64,000 nucleotides of DNA, from NCBI RefSeq assembly GCF_006345805.1, contig NC_043015.1, positions 34,224,001 through 34,288,000 of the forward strand. Direction: 5' to 3'. Each line of letters starts with the position of its first letter. Position 1 is the stretch's first letter. The DNA is from Octopus sinensis (Eukaryota). The translations under genes were made by a program, and so were the position numbers. Below the pieces are notes generated by a model that worked only from the letters and a program-made list of their open reading frames with translations, ran no database searches and had not been told where the DNA came from. Of the stretch, positions 1 to 12,787 are shown piece by piece.

Positions 1-545
1 CTATCGATAAAATGCTTTTATTTTGGGGTGTGCCATCTGAAAGTAACCTTAAAAATATATTTTCCTATATTTACAGGTCTGTGGGAAAGTATCTATGGAG
101 ATCTGAAGCAGTTTTGGATACATAATATTGAATGTTTAATGAAAAAGTGGTTTAAAAGTCAAACGAGATGTTTGCAACATGTTGCCATGGACATCGAATG
201 CCATTGAAGGATCGTTATATGGTTAATATTTTTTCGTTCAAAATCCATCGCGAATTTTATAATTATATGAAAAACGCAATTTATTTACGAACAGTTGTTT
301 TGTTAGCATTTTTCATTGAAGACCCATCTAAAATATTTATCATTCAGTTTAAAAGGGCATTTAAGACACATCACTATGGATACTGAATATTAATATAAAT
401 AAACGTTATTTGAATAAAATTGATTATTATCCATCTGAAGATGGTGTGCATCGGCATGAAACTTAACGATTATATATATATGCATGTGTGTGTGTGAGAG
501 AGAGAGCGAGAGAGAGAGAGAGTGTGTGTGTGTGAGTGTGTGTGT

Positions 546-583
<38 letters not shown>

Positions 584-612
584 TTGTGTGTGTGTATGTG
601 TGTGTGTGTGTA

Positions 613-643
<31 letters not shown>

Positions 644-660
644 TGTGTGTGTGTGTGTGT

Positions 661-780
661 GAAGACGCATGGTCCTGTGGTTAGGGTGTTGCACTCACGA
701 TCGCGAGATCGTGGTTTCAAATCTTAGAGCAGGTGGTGGGTTGAGTTTTTGAGCAAAACACTTCATCTCACGTTTAGGCC
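661..780 (+). mobile_element. Degenerate tRNA-derived SINE 5' part
   Basis: A-box-like TGGTCCTGTGGTTAG and B-box-like GGTTTCAAATC, followed by the SINE core-like TTGAGCAAAACACTTCATCTCAC; no tRNA acceptor stem. Confidence 0.55.
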
Positions 781-859
781 ACGGGCTAGGGTGGGTCATG
801 GTGCAACCCACTTGTGATTTACTTTAATGGGTATTTTCATGTAGAAAAATTATGTTGCC

Positions 860-1460
860 AGAAAAAAAAAACTGGGATGGAAGATACCCCCATGGGTTTT
901 TTAACCACGCTCAATCTTGAAGGAACACATCCAGCTATGCAGAGCGCAAGAACAGGGCAGAGATCACTGAAATTAGTGCTCGAGCAAGCTCTTCCAGAGT
1001 GTTACATGGGAAAACGCAAGTTTTCACAATTTGAGGTAGTCAATAAGTTGATTGATGATGATGAGAGAGCGATTGCGAGAGAAATGCAAAGAAATCTTCC
1101 CTGGATCATCGTTCGCCTGCACAGTGCTGTTAGAAAGCAGAGAGTGTCCGGCTGGGGAGGAAATATGTTTCACTGACTGGAGATGCTCTTGTACAACTGA
1201 CAACCATTGAGTATTATCCGATCATACCTCACCCAATCACAGACATCAGAGTCATACAGGATTGCCCAAAGTACTTAGAAGAAGCTTCACGAGAAGTTGG
1301 ACAGCATTTTGTCATCTTTACATTTGACGTGTGTATGGAAGCGTTCCTGCTACTATGGAGCAATACACGCCGGTATGAGGACAACATCATCATGATTGGA
1401 ACATTCCATCTAGCCTGTGATTATCTGAAGATGTTGGAGAAGAAGATGGATATACGAAGG
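860..1460 (+). pseudogene. Frameshifted DNA-transposase-like remnant (family uncertain)
   Basis: Frameshift near 1168 joins VSGWGG to SLTGDALVQLTTIEYYPIIPHPITDIRVIQDCPKYLEEASREVGQHFVIFTFDVCMEAFLLLWSNTRRYEDNIIMIGTFHLACDYLKMLEKKM. This resembles from memory a widespread invertebrate transposase-like family (PIT...GQ..V.TFD...GxFH). Confidence 0.5.
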
Positions 1461-3074
1461 AATCCATCTTATATATTTATAGATATAGAAAGCGTCGTAT
1501 ATCTATAAATATAAAAAAGAGGTGTTTACAACGTGGGACAGTGGTCTTTGAAGTAAAAGTATGTTACACAGCTCTATGTAGCAAACACTTTGAGTGATCC
1601 TGCAAAAGAAAACGAACATTTTGTGAAGCATTACATTCGTATAACTTCTATGAAAGTTTGTCAGGGTTTGATCAATTGCTTGTGAGCTATCACACCGATG
1701 AATTACTGTTGGTATGGAGATGCGAGATGATTGTGTGAGTCTGTAAAGTATTGTCGGATGATGGGAGGGGGTGTAAAATGACATAGGATGATGTCACATA
1801 ATGATGTGGCGGGTTATGGTGATGCAATAACATTGGCGGATGTTGGATGATTGGAATGGTAAGTTGACATAACCAAAGTTGAGCATCTCTGATATAATAT
1901 TATATACCGTGGCTATAAAGAGTCTGCCGAGACACTAAATCATAAACAATATTTGCCGAAATTAAAATATCACCACCGTCCTCGCTACCATCGCTGATCT
2001 AAGCATCAATTCAGTGTGACTGTATCTAGAATCTATATCGATATCGAAATATCCACCTCTTCTCTACTCCTACATCATACATCGGTTCAATGACCTTCAT
2101 GTCGATTAATCGATACCTAATTGCCCCCGCCCCACCCCTCTCTTCTAGTATAGTTTACATGACCGATACCCTGGAACAAATGTTTTCGGATTTATCGGAA
2201 GATATTCGGGTGTCAGTTTAAACGATTGGAAATATTTCTTCTTTTCTGTTCGTTGTTATTATTATTATAGTTGATACTGCTGCTGTGGTTCGTGTTGTTG
2301 TTGTTGTTGTGGTGGTGGTGGTGGTGCCAATGGTGGGGGTTGATGTTACATTAGCTTTTATATCAGTTTAAAGGATGTTGGCAGAAAGTGAGGTAATGAA
2401 ACAGATATTGTACAGCTTCATCTCTACGTAACTTGTTGGGATTAATTAGAGAAACGCATATAACACACACACATTTATGCCAACACACACGCATACGCTT
2501 GTATACACGCAATTTACGTGCTCACTCAGAAGCACACAGACACAAGCATGAATATATACACACACACACAAATATGCACACACACATATTAGAGTAGAAC
2601 ATTATACTTGAAGCATTATGTGATCGAGAGATAAATTGATTCAGTAAAAGAGTTCGATGCAAGCTGGAAATAAAGGAGTAAAAACAAAAGTCAATAATAA
2701 ACAAAAAAGGAACCAAACATTCGTCTTACAATATTCCAACTTGAAAAGCCCTTATCAAAGAAATGGGGACAAGGAAGATCAGGGAGACAATAATAAATCA
2801 ATACCCCTGTCTTCTTCGCGTATCTACGTTCTCTCACATCCAGCTACAAAGTCAGACTGAATATGCAGAGCTTTTACTCGCACTCAATACGTTCCTTTCA
2901 GATCTACAGGCGTTCCAATTAGGTCAGATACCCAGGGAAGGGAACGTTCCCCAAGCAATTGTACACCACGAAAGGGATGCAGGCAATGCCCCACCTCCGT
3001 TAGTCAGTCACTGATAGCTGCTTCTCAACTCATTCTGAGACTTCTCACCACGCTGGTCACCATCTCGTCTTATT

Positions 3075-3375
3075 GTTTGTGCCTTCTCAAGCCATGCCTG
3101 GCTCATAAGGGCCAGTTTCCCGGTTTCCTCGGCGTATAGGTACCCCACCTGGACGGGACGTCGGTCCGTCGCAGGTGAGCTACTAGATGCAGGAGGAAAG
3201 AGTGAGAGAAAGTTGTGGCGAAAGAGTCTGCAGAAGTTCGCCATTACCTTCTGCCGGAGCCGCGTGGAGCTTAGGTGTTTCGCTCATAAACACACACCTC
3301 GCCCGGTATGAGATTCGAACTCACGATCCCTCAACCGCGAGTCCACTGCTCTAACCACTAGGCCATGTGCCTCCA
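3075..3375 (-). mobile_element. Full-length tRNA-derived SINE with 14-bp TSD
   Basis: Minus strand has A box TGGCCTAGTGG and B box GTTCGAATC; identical CATCTCGTCTTATT at 3061-3074 and 3376-3389. Confidence 0.9.
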
Positions 3376-3612
3376 CATCTCGTCTTATTACCTGAAAATC
3401 TGAACCAAACTAAATATAAGCATTTTAACCGGACACAGAACTAGTAACATACATTGTTTTGTAACTCTCATGCAACAAACTCAGACATTTTTCTGATAAA
3501 TCTATACAAATTTTACCTCTTCGTATTTCTCCAGCTTGATGTGATATCTGAGATATCTGATAATGTATATGGTTATTTAAGGCGCCCGGTACTATAATGC
3601 CTTCCATCATTC

Positions 3613-4477
3613 ATACATACACATGTACATGCATATATATACATACATTCATGCATACATACATACATATATACATACATACATACATACATACATGCAT
3701 GCATACATACATACATACATACATACATACATACATACATGCATGCATACATACATACATTCATGCATACATACATACATACATACATGCATACATACAT
3801 ACATGCATGCATGCATACATACATACATACATACATACATACATACATACATACATGCATGCATGCATGCATGCATGCATACATACATACATACATACAT
3901 ACATACATACATACACATACATACATACATACATACATACATACATACATACATACATACATACATGCATGCATACATACATACATTCATGCATACATAC
4001 ATACATACATACATGCATACATACATACATGCATGCATGCATACATACATACATACATACGTACGTACATACATACATACATACATACATACATACATAC
4101 ATACATGCATGCATGCATGCATGCATGCATGCATACATACATACATACATACATACATACATACATACATACATGCATGCATGCATGCATGCATGCATAC
4201 ATACATACATACATACATACATACATACATACATACATACATACATACACACACATACATACATACATACATACATACATACATACATACATACATGCAT
4301 GCATGCATGCATGCATGCATACATACATACATACATACATACATACATACATACATACATACATACATACATACATACATGCATGCATGCATGCATGCAT
4401 ACATACATACATACATACATACATACATACATACATACATACATACATACATACATACATACATACATACATACACA
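3613..4477. repeat. Long compound (TACA)n/(TGCA)n microsatellite
   Basis: About 860 bp of 4-bp units; source of all the HTYI/MYVC ORFs here. Confidence 0.97.
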
Positions 4478-5291
4478 TAAGCATACAAGCATTGGTATGT
4501 GTATATGTGTGTAAATATTTGTATGTGTATGTAATTAAAAGTGAAGTCTAACTCAGTTAGGAAACAACTCTTGGAAAAGTCTAAAAAGCATTAACTTCGC
4601 CATCTAAATCCTGATAATAAGGTATCGAAATTAAAATGGATGTGTCGGGGTGAAGATCTGGAGAATTCCAGTTTTAAGAGTGACTGCATTTTTAAAAGCC
4701 GATTATTTTCATGATAAATAAGTTGAAAATATAAGTTAAATGAAAGATAGGTTTAAATAACGATGCGTAAAAGAAACTTATAAAATATGCTTCGTCTAAA
4801 CTTGATGTAAAATAATTGATGGTTAAATTTTATTTCAGTCTAAGCGTATAAAACTGGGGTCGAAGTGTCGACACGTAGACTTACATTTGAACAATTGCAG
4901 CTGATACATATTGCGAAGGTCGAATTAATGAATAGCAGAGTCACATTTCTTCTCTTCCATTCCGACTTTATATACTTGGAACACGCTTCGTTTACAAAAG
5001 TAAATATGGTGTAAGATATACTTTTTGCGTGAAGACATGTTGTGTGTGCATATGTGATTATGTGTGTGTGTCTGTGTGTGTGTTTGTGTGTGTGTTTGTG
5101 TGTACAGATATGCAAGAAATAGATAACCGTTATTGCATCGTAAAATGTATGCATCTAAGATTTTTGCAACGTTATTTTTTCTTTTAGAATTTAGTATTCT
5201 CAGTTTAGCATTTGCCTAGGTTATAGATTCCAAAGAAATTCAATATTTTCAAGGAAGATGGTTTATCAGTCAATCAGTCATTATGTGCACT

Positions 5292-5408
5292 GTTTCAGCG
5301 ACAAATAGCAAGGAATCTTGGAATCTTTCTACTGTCAACGGAATAATAGACCAATTTAGTGAAAAGAATACATCAACTGAATCACAACCTGGTCGACTGC
5401 CACCTTTT
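5292..5408 (+). pseudogene. Tc1-like transposase N-terminal HTH remnant
   Basis: FQRQIARNLGI / frameshift / STVNGIIDQF...PGR, similar to Tc1 paired-like HTH ending in GRP. Confidence 0.35.
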
Positions 5409-5588
5409 GAAACATATTTGCAAAGTGTTTGAGTATCTCTTAGAGAATTCAGTAAATGGTGGAAATCTTCAAATTAGTCCCAAAACAGCAGCCGACTACT
5501 TTTAACACCAAGGTCGTTTTGGACGTGCAACTTCGAAGGAAGACCCTTTTAAATACAATATTGATTTCAAATTTTGATACAATGCGAG

Positions 5589-5776
5589 AAATTTCGGGGA
5601 AGGAGAAAAATCAATTACATCGACCTCAGTCTTCAACTGGTACTTATTTTATGGACCTCAAGGGAATGAAAGGCAAAGCCGACCTCGGCGGGATTTGAAA
5701 TCAGGACGTAAAGTCGGAAGAAATGTCGCTAAGCATTTTTTTCGGCGCGGTAACAGTTCTGCTAGCTCACCGCCTT
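5589..5776 (-). mobile_element. tRNA-derived SINE (family B, AAGGCGG head)
   Basis: Reverse complement of AAGGCGGTGAGCTAGCAG...GAGGTCGGCTTTGCCTTTCAT...; many homologous copies in window. Confidence 0.8.
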
Positions 5777-6032
5777 AGTTACAACTAATATTAAGAAGAG
5801 GAAAAGAAGATCATGGAATAAACACATCTCTGGTTCTTTGGCGGAGCATAATTTGATTGGGTCAGAGGTCACATTTGAGTCTGGAGATTATTCAGCCAAG
5901 AGTTTGTTATGAAGAAACAATAGTCAACATTCAGCCTTGGTAATATATCTATTATGGTTTGGAGAGATGTTTGGAATCGTAGCAGATGAAGCTTTATTGG
6001 TTGTACAAAGCAACATCAATTCATAAAAATTC

Positions 6033-6080
<48 letters not shown>

Positions 6081-6127
6081 TCGAAAAATACCTTAGCAAT
6101 GAGAACCCAGGTTCGAAATTTCCGCAA

Positions 6128-6173
6128 GACACCGGAAGAAGGCTGAAGGGTATATCAGCCGAAACATTGTGTT
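6128..6173 (+). ncRNA. Degenerate type I hammerhead motif in PLE-type short repeat
   Basis: Stem I GACAC/GTGTT, core CGGAAGA (U4G), stem II GGCTG/CAGCC, GAAAC, then ATT (G16.2 lost). Confidence 0.5.
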
Positions 6174-6891
6174 AACAACAAACAAGATGAGGACAAATAT
6201 CTGTTGAATGTAAATAATGTAAATAATGGTATCGATTAGTTCAGCTAAACTTCCTCAAGGCAGTGCCACAGCATGGCCGCATTCTAATGACGGAAGCAAC
6301 TAAGAGATTAAAGATTAAAGATTATATCTGTGAAGAAGGATGAAGGGCGAAGGGTGTATGCTAATAGTTGCAAGTGGTCGAAAAGAGAAAAGAGAAAAGA
6401 ACGATTGCTCGTTAATGTAAGTTGGAAGAGTTTGTCACGCAACTAAGGAAGCAAAATAAATCGAGGAAGAAAATGGAATCAAACGATTACTCTTCTGGTT
6501 AACCCAGTCTCCTGGCGAAAACTCTATAGAACACGTGACATTAATACCAAATAATATGCGTAAAAGTAAAGAAAAAGTAAAAAGACAACTAAGAAGGAAA
6601 GATAACAAGAACAACAACAACACCACTCTGAATTAATTAATAATTTATACAAAACATGATCAAGAATACCTCAAGCTAAAATTTCAGAACTCATTAATTT
6701 TCTGCCCAGAAAAGTTGCTGATAATATGTCAGTTAAATGAAGTCAACAAATTATTAATTGTTAAAATTTTATTTAGAAACTCAAAGTTTCAAAATAAAGT
6801 TGTTGCAGCTAATTTTGGTGCCTATGTACTTCGTACATCTCTCTCTCTTTCTTTATGACTTTATATCTCTTCTCTCTGTGTGTGTGTGTGT

Positions 6892-6945
<54 letters not shown>

Positions 6946-6948
<3 letters not shown>

Positions 6949-7286
6949 TAGACTCTCCTGCCGGAGATGACAGATGAGAGTTCTGCACTTTCTTGCTGAA
7001 CAAACGCTCGGTTTACTGGAATAAAATATTTGCGCATTAGTCGTACCTTCCACTAAATCGGCATTTGCTGAACAGGTGCTCGGTGTGTCGCACGTCAGAT
7101 GTTGAAGTGATCGCAGAGCAACGAAATTAAGTGTTTTAACTGTGAGGATGTTCAACCAACACTTTGTTGATACTCGCTTTCAGCTGTGTAGAATGCGGCA
7201 ACATTAAGTGATTTGCCTTGCTCAAGGACACAACGCATCGTCCACAACGACCGTAACTCTGTCACTCTAAACATTACACCACGCGC
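6946..7286 (-). mobile_element. Degenerate SINE-like element
   Basis: Minus strand begins GCGCGTGGTGTAATGTTTAG (A-box-like) and contains TTGTGTCCTTGAGCAAGGCA core. Confidence 0.5.
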
Positions 7287-8296
7287 TTTTATACATACCT
7301 GATAAGGAATTTCTACTTGCATAAATGGTTTTGTTTTTAAAGATCTACATAAAATACCTGATAGCTGGTTTTTGCAGAAATGCTTCCTGGGAACACGGCT
7401 CGAATTTTTGCATGCATCCATACACACACATAAATATATGTTGTAAAAGGGTAGCGGGTGTTTACACACGCTAAAGTAAAATATTGAATGCATGTAGTAC
7501 AGTAAAATATTTAATGATCTGCTTCTCTGTTTAAATTGCATCCTGACTCACAGTTTCATAACAAGAAGTTCTGGACAATCATGAAGCAACTGAAAACATA
7601 ACCACTCACAAATATCAGTGAATTTTAATTTTCGACGGCGTTCATTGTTTTTGATATTGTAAGATGGTTTAAAAGATATGGCAAAAGAGCATAGCTCATT
7701 ACATACGGGTATTGATTCTTTTTAGGTGTTTTCGCTTGGAATAGCTCATAATAATAACGAGGCTATAGGACTTAGTAAAGAAAATTAATTAAAAAGCGGC
7801 GAATGAAGTGCTATACAGTAAAGAAGTTAATATGAAATTAAGAAAGTATCAATAATAAGTGTATTATTGTCTGCTTTTACTGGCGGGGATTAACGGTATA
7901 AATGGTTGGAGACTATAGAGACGACGGAATATTTTACACTGGATTAAGTATAACTTTATATAAGATATTGAGAATTGTTGATTGAGATTACTCATGGTAC
8001 ATAGTTAAGTATTAATCCATTCAATTAGGTGATGTTATAATCCCCCATTATTTCAGCAATTATTGGTCAAAGTGGCGGTATTTGATGAAGATCTCCGATC
8101 TGACACAGAGAAAGCCCACTGATTTATCCTCTCAGTTTCACCATAGTCTAATAACTGCAGCAACAAGTAAAAATATAAAAAAGATTCCGGCGTCGATACA
8201 TTCGACTAAAAATTCTTCAATGAGGTGCCCCAGCATGGCCACAGTCTAATTACTGAAACAAGTAAAAGGGGAAAAACAAAATATACCGAAAAATAA

Positions 8297-8384
8297 AACA
8301 GAGAGGCTTTTGTCCGAGGGGCTTGTGTCCACTTTTACACTTTAACTTTGGGGCTTTTGTCCTGGGGAGCTTTTGTTCTACACC
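8297..8384 (-). mobile_element. MULE-type terminal repeat remnant
   Basis: Minus GGTGTAGAACAAAAGCTCCCCAGGACAAAAGCCCC with repeated GGACAAAAGCC subunits; same architecture as the end at 32934. Confidence 0.4.
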
Positions 8385-9217
8385 CGTTTCACTTAACGGG
8401 TGTGTGATTCCGCCCCATCTCACGTAAACTAATTTACATACATACATGTATATATGTGCGCGTGTTTGTGTGTATGTAATCTGGATGTTCAGACAAGCAA
8501 ATCAATATGATCTATAAATGTATTTAAAGGTGACATGTAAAATCGAATGAAAACTGAACGAAGCTACTTAATATACATTGTATTGATAAATGGGTGAAAC
8601 TTTATCTCAGAATTTTGGTGAAAACTCTTGCAGAACATTCTCGAAATATCAATAATTGGCTTTAGTTGAAGTTAAAGTAGTTGTATAATACATTAATATT
8701 TTATTAATGTTCTCATACAACAAGCATTCCAAACACAATTTTCTTATCGAAGTGTATTACAAGATTATTCGCTCTAGCAATCTTTCTTTCGTTCTATAAT
8801 CACCGTTCTATATCCAAAGATGTGATTTGAAAAAATTCGACCCGAAACTACATGGATCCAAGTTCGATCTCACTGTCGGTAGCTTGAACGAGTTTCTTCC
8901 GCTTTTACTACAGAATCACCAATGCTTTGTGAATCGAATATGTGAGCTGGTAAATACGCGGAATCTGTAGAACATCCATTTATACATATCTTATGTCTGA
9001 GTATGTATGTGTGTGTATGGCACACCCACATATATACAGTGGCCCACTGGCCAGGTTGACAGCTTACCCGATGGTAAGTGGGCCCCTGCGCCATTAGAAT
9101 CCATGTATGGGGGCCCATGTCAGTATCTAAAGGGCCCATTCCCTCAAGTCTGAGAATTTTTTATTCACTCCTGGAAGAATGCATTACTTCAGCCTGGCTA
9201 TGTTTGTAGACAGTTGA

Positions 9218-9460
9218 AATCGACTTAATCCGTTAGTCTGTCCTTGTTTCCCCCCCCCCTGTGTGTAGCTCCTTGTGGGCAGTAAAGAAATAGGTATTTC
9301 GCCAGTCTTTACGTTCTGAGTTCAAATTCTGCCGAGGTCGACTTTGCCTTTCATTCTTTCGGGGTCGATAAATTAAGTACCAGCTGCGTACTGGGGTCGA
9401 TCTAATCGACTGGCCCCCTGCTCCCAAATTTCGGGCCTTGTGCCTAGAGTAGAAAATATT
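9218..9460 (+). mobile_element. Family B SINE, partial tandem arrangement
   Basis: 3' part of one copy joined to TTCTGAGTTCAAATTCTGCCGAGGTCGACTTTGCCTTTCAT...TACCAG of the next. Confidence 0.85.
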
Positions 9461-10583
9461 ATTCAGTTTTATTTTAAGATATTTTGCCAATAGAGAAAGA
9501 GTTGGATTTAACCTCGATCCAAGGCTCCTTCACTGGAATTTCAACATCAACAGGGTATTTTTGCATGCGTGTGTGTATATGTGCAATATTTGGAGTCATT
9601 GCCTGTACAGATTTTTATGTATTCTCATGCATATAGTTGCATATCTAGACATGCGCATTTATTCTTAAATGATAAGCTTCTGGAAAGTTTTACAAAACTT
9701 TTACGCATGCATGTATGTATGTATGTATGTATGTATGTATGTATATATGTATGTATGTATGTATGTGTGTATGTATGTATGTATGTATGTATGTGTGCAT
9801 GTATGTATGTATGTATGTATGTATGTACGTACGTATGCATGTATGTACGTATGTATGTATGTATGTATATATGTATGTATGTATGTATGTAGTTCCTGTC
9901 ATCAAAATTATAATAGACTTTTGGCGTAATTCATATATTGATTACTTTATGCAGCTAATAATCGTTGCTTGTATGTATTTAAAAACACTTATTCTTCACT
10001 CTGCGTACACGCATATATTTTGATGAATCCATGGCTGTATGCAGGTTTTATGCATAAGAGATGAAGATGAACTTGTATAACAAGTTTATCTTTATTTCGA
10101 TAATTATATGTGTAACTTCTATAATAAGTTACACATATAATTATCATGTATATTTAAATAATTATTTGTCTTCCCTTAGTCCCAGCCGATTGTCCATTTT
10201 ATACATGTTGCTTCTTTATTGTTAGGGCACACAATACACATGTATTATTTATAGCTATACTTTTCCCCATTATATTTTTCATTCTGATACTTTGAATGTC
10301 ATCTCTCTGATCACTAGCCTTGCTTCCAGTCAATAATAATCATTTCATAATTCAGTCTCTCCTCCATCTAGAGTCGTTAAAATAGAGAACCAATCAACTA
10401 CTGGGCGATTTGCTTGACTGAAAATATACGAACATTTACCAAATTCAGAAGCCACTACCAGTATTGTCGTCAATTTAGCCATTAAAATTATTTTGACCCA
10501 ATATTTAAATGCTGTATTTGCTTGAGTTCTATGATTATAAATGAAATACTTCTCATTCTCTCGAAGTATTTAACCTCTAATGA

Positions 10584-10638
<55 letters not shown>

Positions 10639-11182
10639 GAGTGGGAGAGCAATGCATGCCATCAGTGTGGCACTGGGGTACAAATATACGAGGCCCAATA
10701 TACCCATTATGACTACCCTCTCATAGGGCACATGCATCACAAACGCGGCTTAGTGACCCCATATCAAGATAAACAGCGGATGACCTTGCAGATGGGGCCC
10801 AGTTAGAAATTTCTTTAGGTCGAGTAGGCCATCCCGCTCAAAAGGTCCCTGAATAAGGGTTGTTTAAGGATGTTGAACGAAACACCTATGTTTCCAGGGG
10901 TGAATTATTCAAACCTCTAAGAATTCCTCTCAACACATGGCTATGATGTCCCTCCACTACTTCTGATCATGATCAGAGATGCACATATCGTCAGCCACTA
11001 AGAGACATGCTCAACTAGTTACGGTCAAACAATTGACAAGCAAATCTGTGGTATTGAGCAGAATATTTGCTGTAGCCCCTCTTTTTATACCAAGACAAAA
11101 CAATGTACATGATAACACTTCCGATTAGTTAAGATGAGAAACCAAGAGAGCCACAGCTTGGTACTGCGTCAGGGTATTTATT
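10639..11182 (-). mobile_element. About 540-bp non-coding retro-like repeat (family A) ending in (AAT)n
   Basis: Colinear with 52929-53280; (ATT)n at 10580-10638 is an (AAT)n tail on minus; no ORF. Confidence 0.7.
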
Positions 11183-11195
11183 AGCAATGTCTCTT

Positions 11196-11482
11196 TATCA
11201 CAGATTTTGTTGGAGTTCCTGGAGTCTTGTATGCGTAGCGGACTTGGAGCCTACGGTACCATGTTATTCTTTCTTTTCAGCTATCTGATACTTTCTTGAT
11301 TATTCTGACTGTGCCAAGGAGGCAAAACTTTTGTAACACTTCGACTGGGAACTCTACTCCAATTTCCTTTATATTCCTCTTGATACATTCTGATACTGTC
11401 CCCAAGGACCCAACAATAACTGGTACTATCTTCACCTTCTTCATTTTCCATAGTCGGGCGAATTCGTACTTGAGAGGGTTCT
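11196..11482 (-). mobile_element. R4/Dong-type LINE 3' end
   Basis: Minus translation [66 protein letters not shown], the C-terminus of an RLE LINE. Confidence 0.8.
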
Positions 11483-11494
11483 ATCTATCAATCC

Positions 11495-11581
<87 letters not shown>

Positions 11582-11586
11582 GTCTG

Positions 11587-11661
<75 letters not shown>

Positions 11662-11720
11662 GTCTGTCTATCTATCTATCTAGTTATCTGTCTATCTATC
11701 TATCAGTCTGTCTGTCTGTC
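11483..11720. repeat. (TATC)n/(TGTC)n microsatellite
   Basis: Direct reading. Confidence 0.95.
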
Positions 11721-12488
11721 TCAACATATCTAACAATATTATGGCATTTACATTCACATGGCTGTAAGATACAGAATTATTGAAGGTACCAGTTAACATA
11801 TGTGCGTATGTATGGGTGCTTGCAGGTATTTCAGTGTTTAATAAGTCAATGTATATTACTGAAAGTTTTTACCGAAATATTCGATTGTGTGTGCTATCTT
11901 TAAGTGAAGCACTAGTAATAAGTACTTCCCTCCTTTATAGCAAATCATTAGACATATTCAATGTGCATTATTGAAAGAAGTTGACTTACAAGATACAAAA
12001 ACAATATTCAAACAGACAAGAAAGAAGTTTAAAATAAACAACAACAAAAAAATCAGAACAAATCGATTTATAATCAAAGTCGGAAAGTAAAATATAAAAT
12101 GAAAACTGTGCCGACTTTGAAATAGCACAAGAAGTCAAGAGATTTATTCTAAGGTTGTAAGCTATATCGATTTATTGGGAAGGACCATGGGCACATCTTC
12201 ATTGCGCTGAAAAAAATATGAGGTTGTGTAACTTTTGTGTTTATCACAGATATTCGTGTCGACGTTAGATTTTATATTACAGGTGACGTTAGTTATAAGG
12301 TTAGTGGTGTGTTAAAGGTGATGTTAGTGGTCGTGTCAGTGGTGCCGCTACAGGTAAACCTTTTTTGGTGACATTCCTGATTACGTATCTGGTAACGTTA
12401 GTGGAGACATTAGTGACCTCTGAAGTGTACATCAATCGCAACCTTTGTGGTAATGTTGGTAATGATGTTAGTGGTATGCTAACATAAT

Positions 12489-12787
12489 AAGGACAGACAA
12501 CGGGTTTAAGTCGATTACATCGACCCCAGTGCGTAACAGGTACTTAATTTATCGACCCCGAAAGGATGAAAGACAAAATCGACCTCGGCGGAATTTGAAC
12601 ACAGAATGTAACGTCAGACGAAATACCTATTTCTTTACTACCCTCAAGGGGCTAAACACAGAGAGGACAAACAAGGACAAACAAACGGATTAAGTCGATA
12701 ATATCGACTCCAGTGCGTAACTGGTACTTATTTAATCAACCCCGAAAGGATGAAAGGCAAAGTCGACCTCGGCGGAATTTGACCTCA
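12489..12787 (-). mobile_element. Two tandem 5'-truncated family B SINE units
   Basis: GACCCCGAAAGGATGAAAG.CAAA.TCGACCTCGGCGGAATTTGA block at about 12555 and again at about 12740. Confidence 0.85.

Noticed and set aside
435-465. CTGAAGA...GAAAC hammerhead-like spacing
   Set aside because: Stem II mismatched; no GUH or stem I partner downstream
3300-3375. tRNA gene
   Set aside because: Has A/B boxes but is the head of a SINE bounded by TSDs; no complete cloverleaf. The same applies at 661, 42053 and 60745
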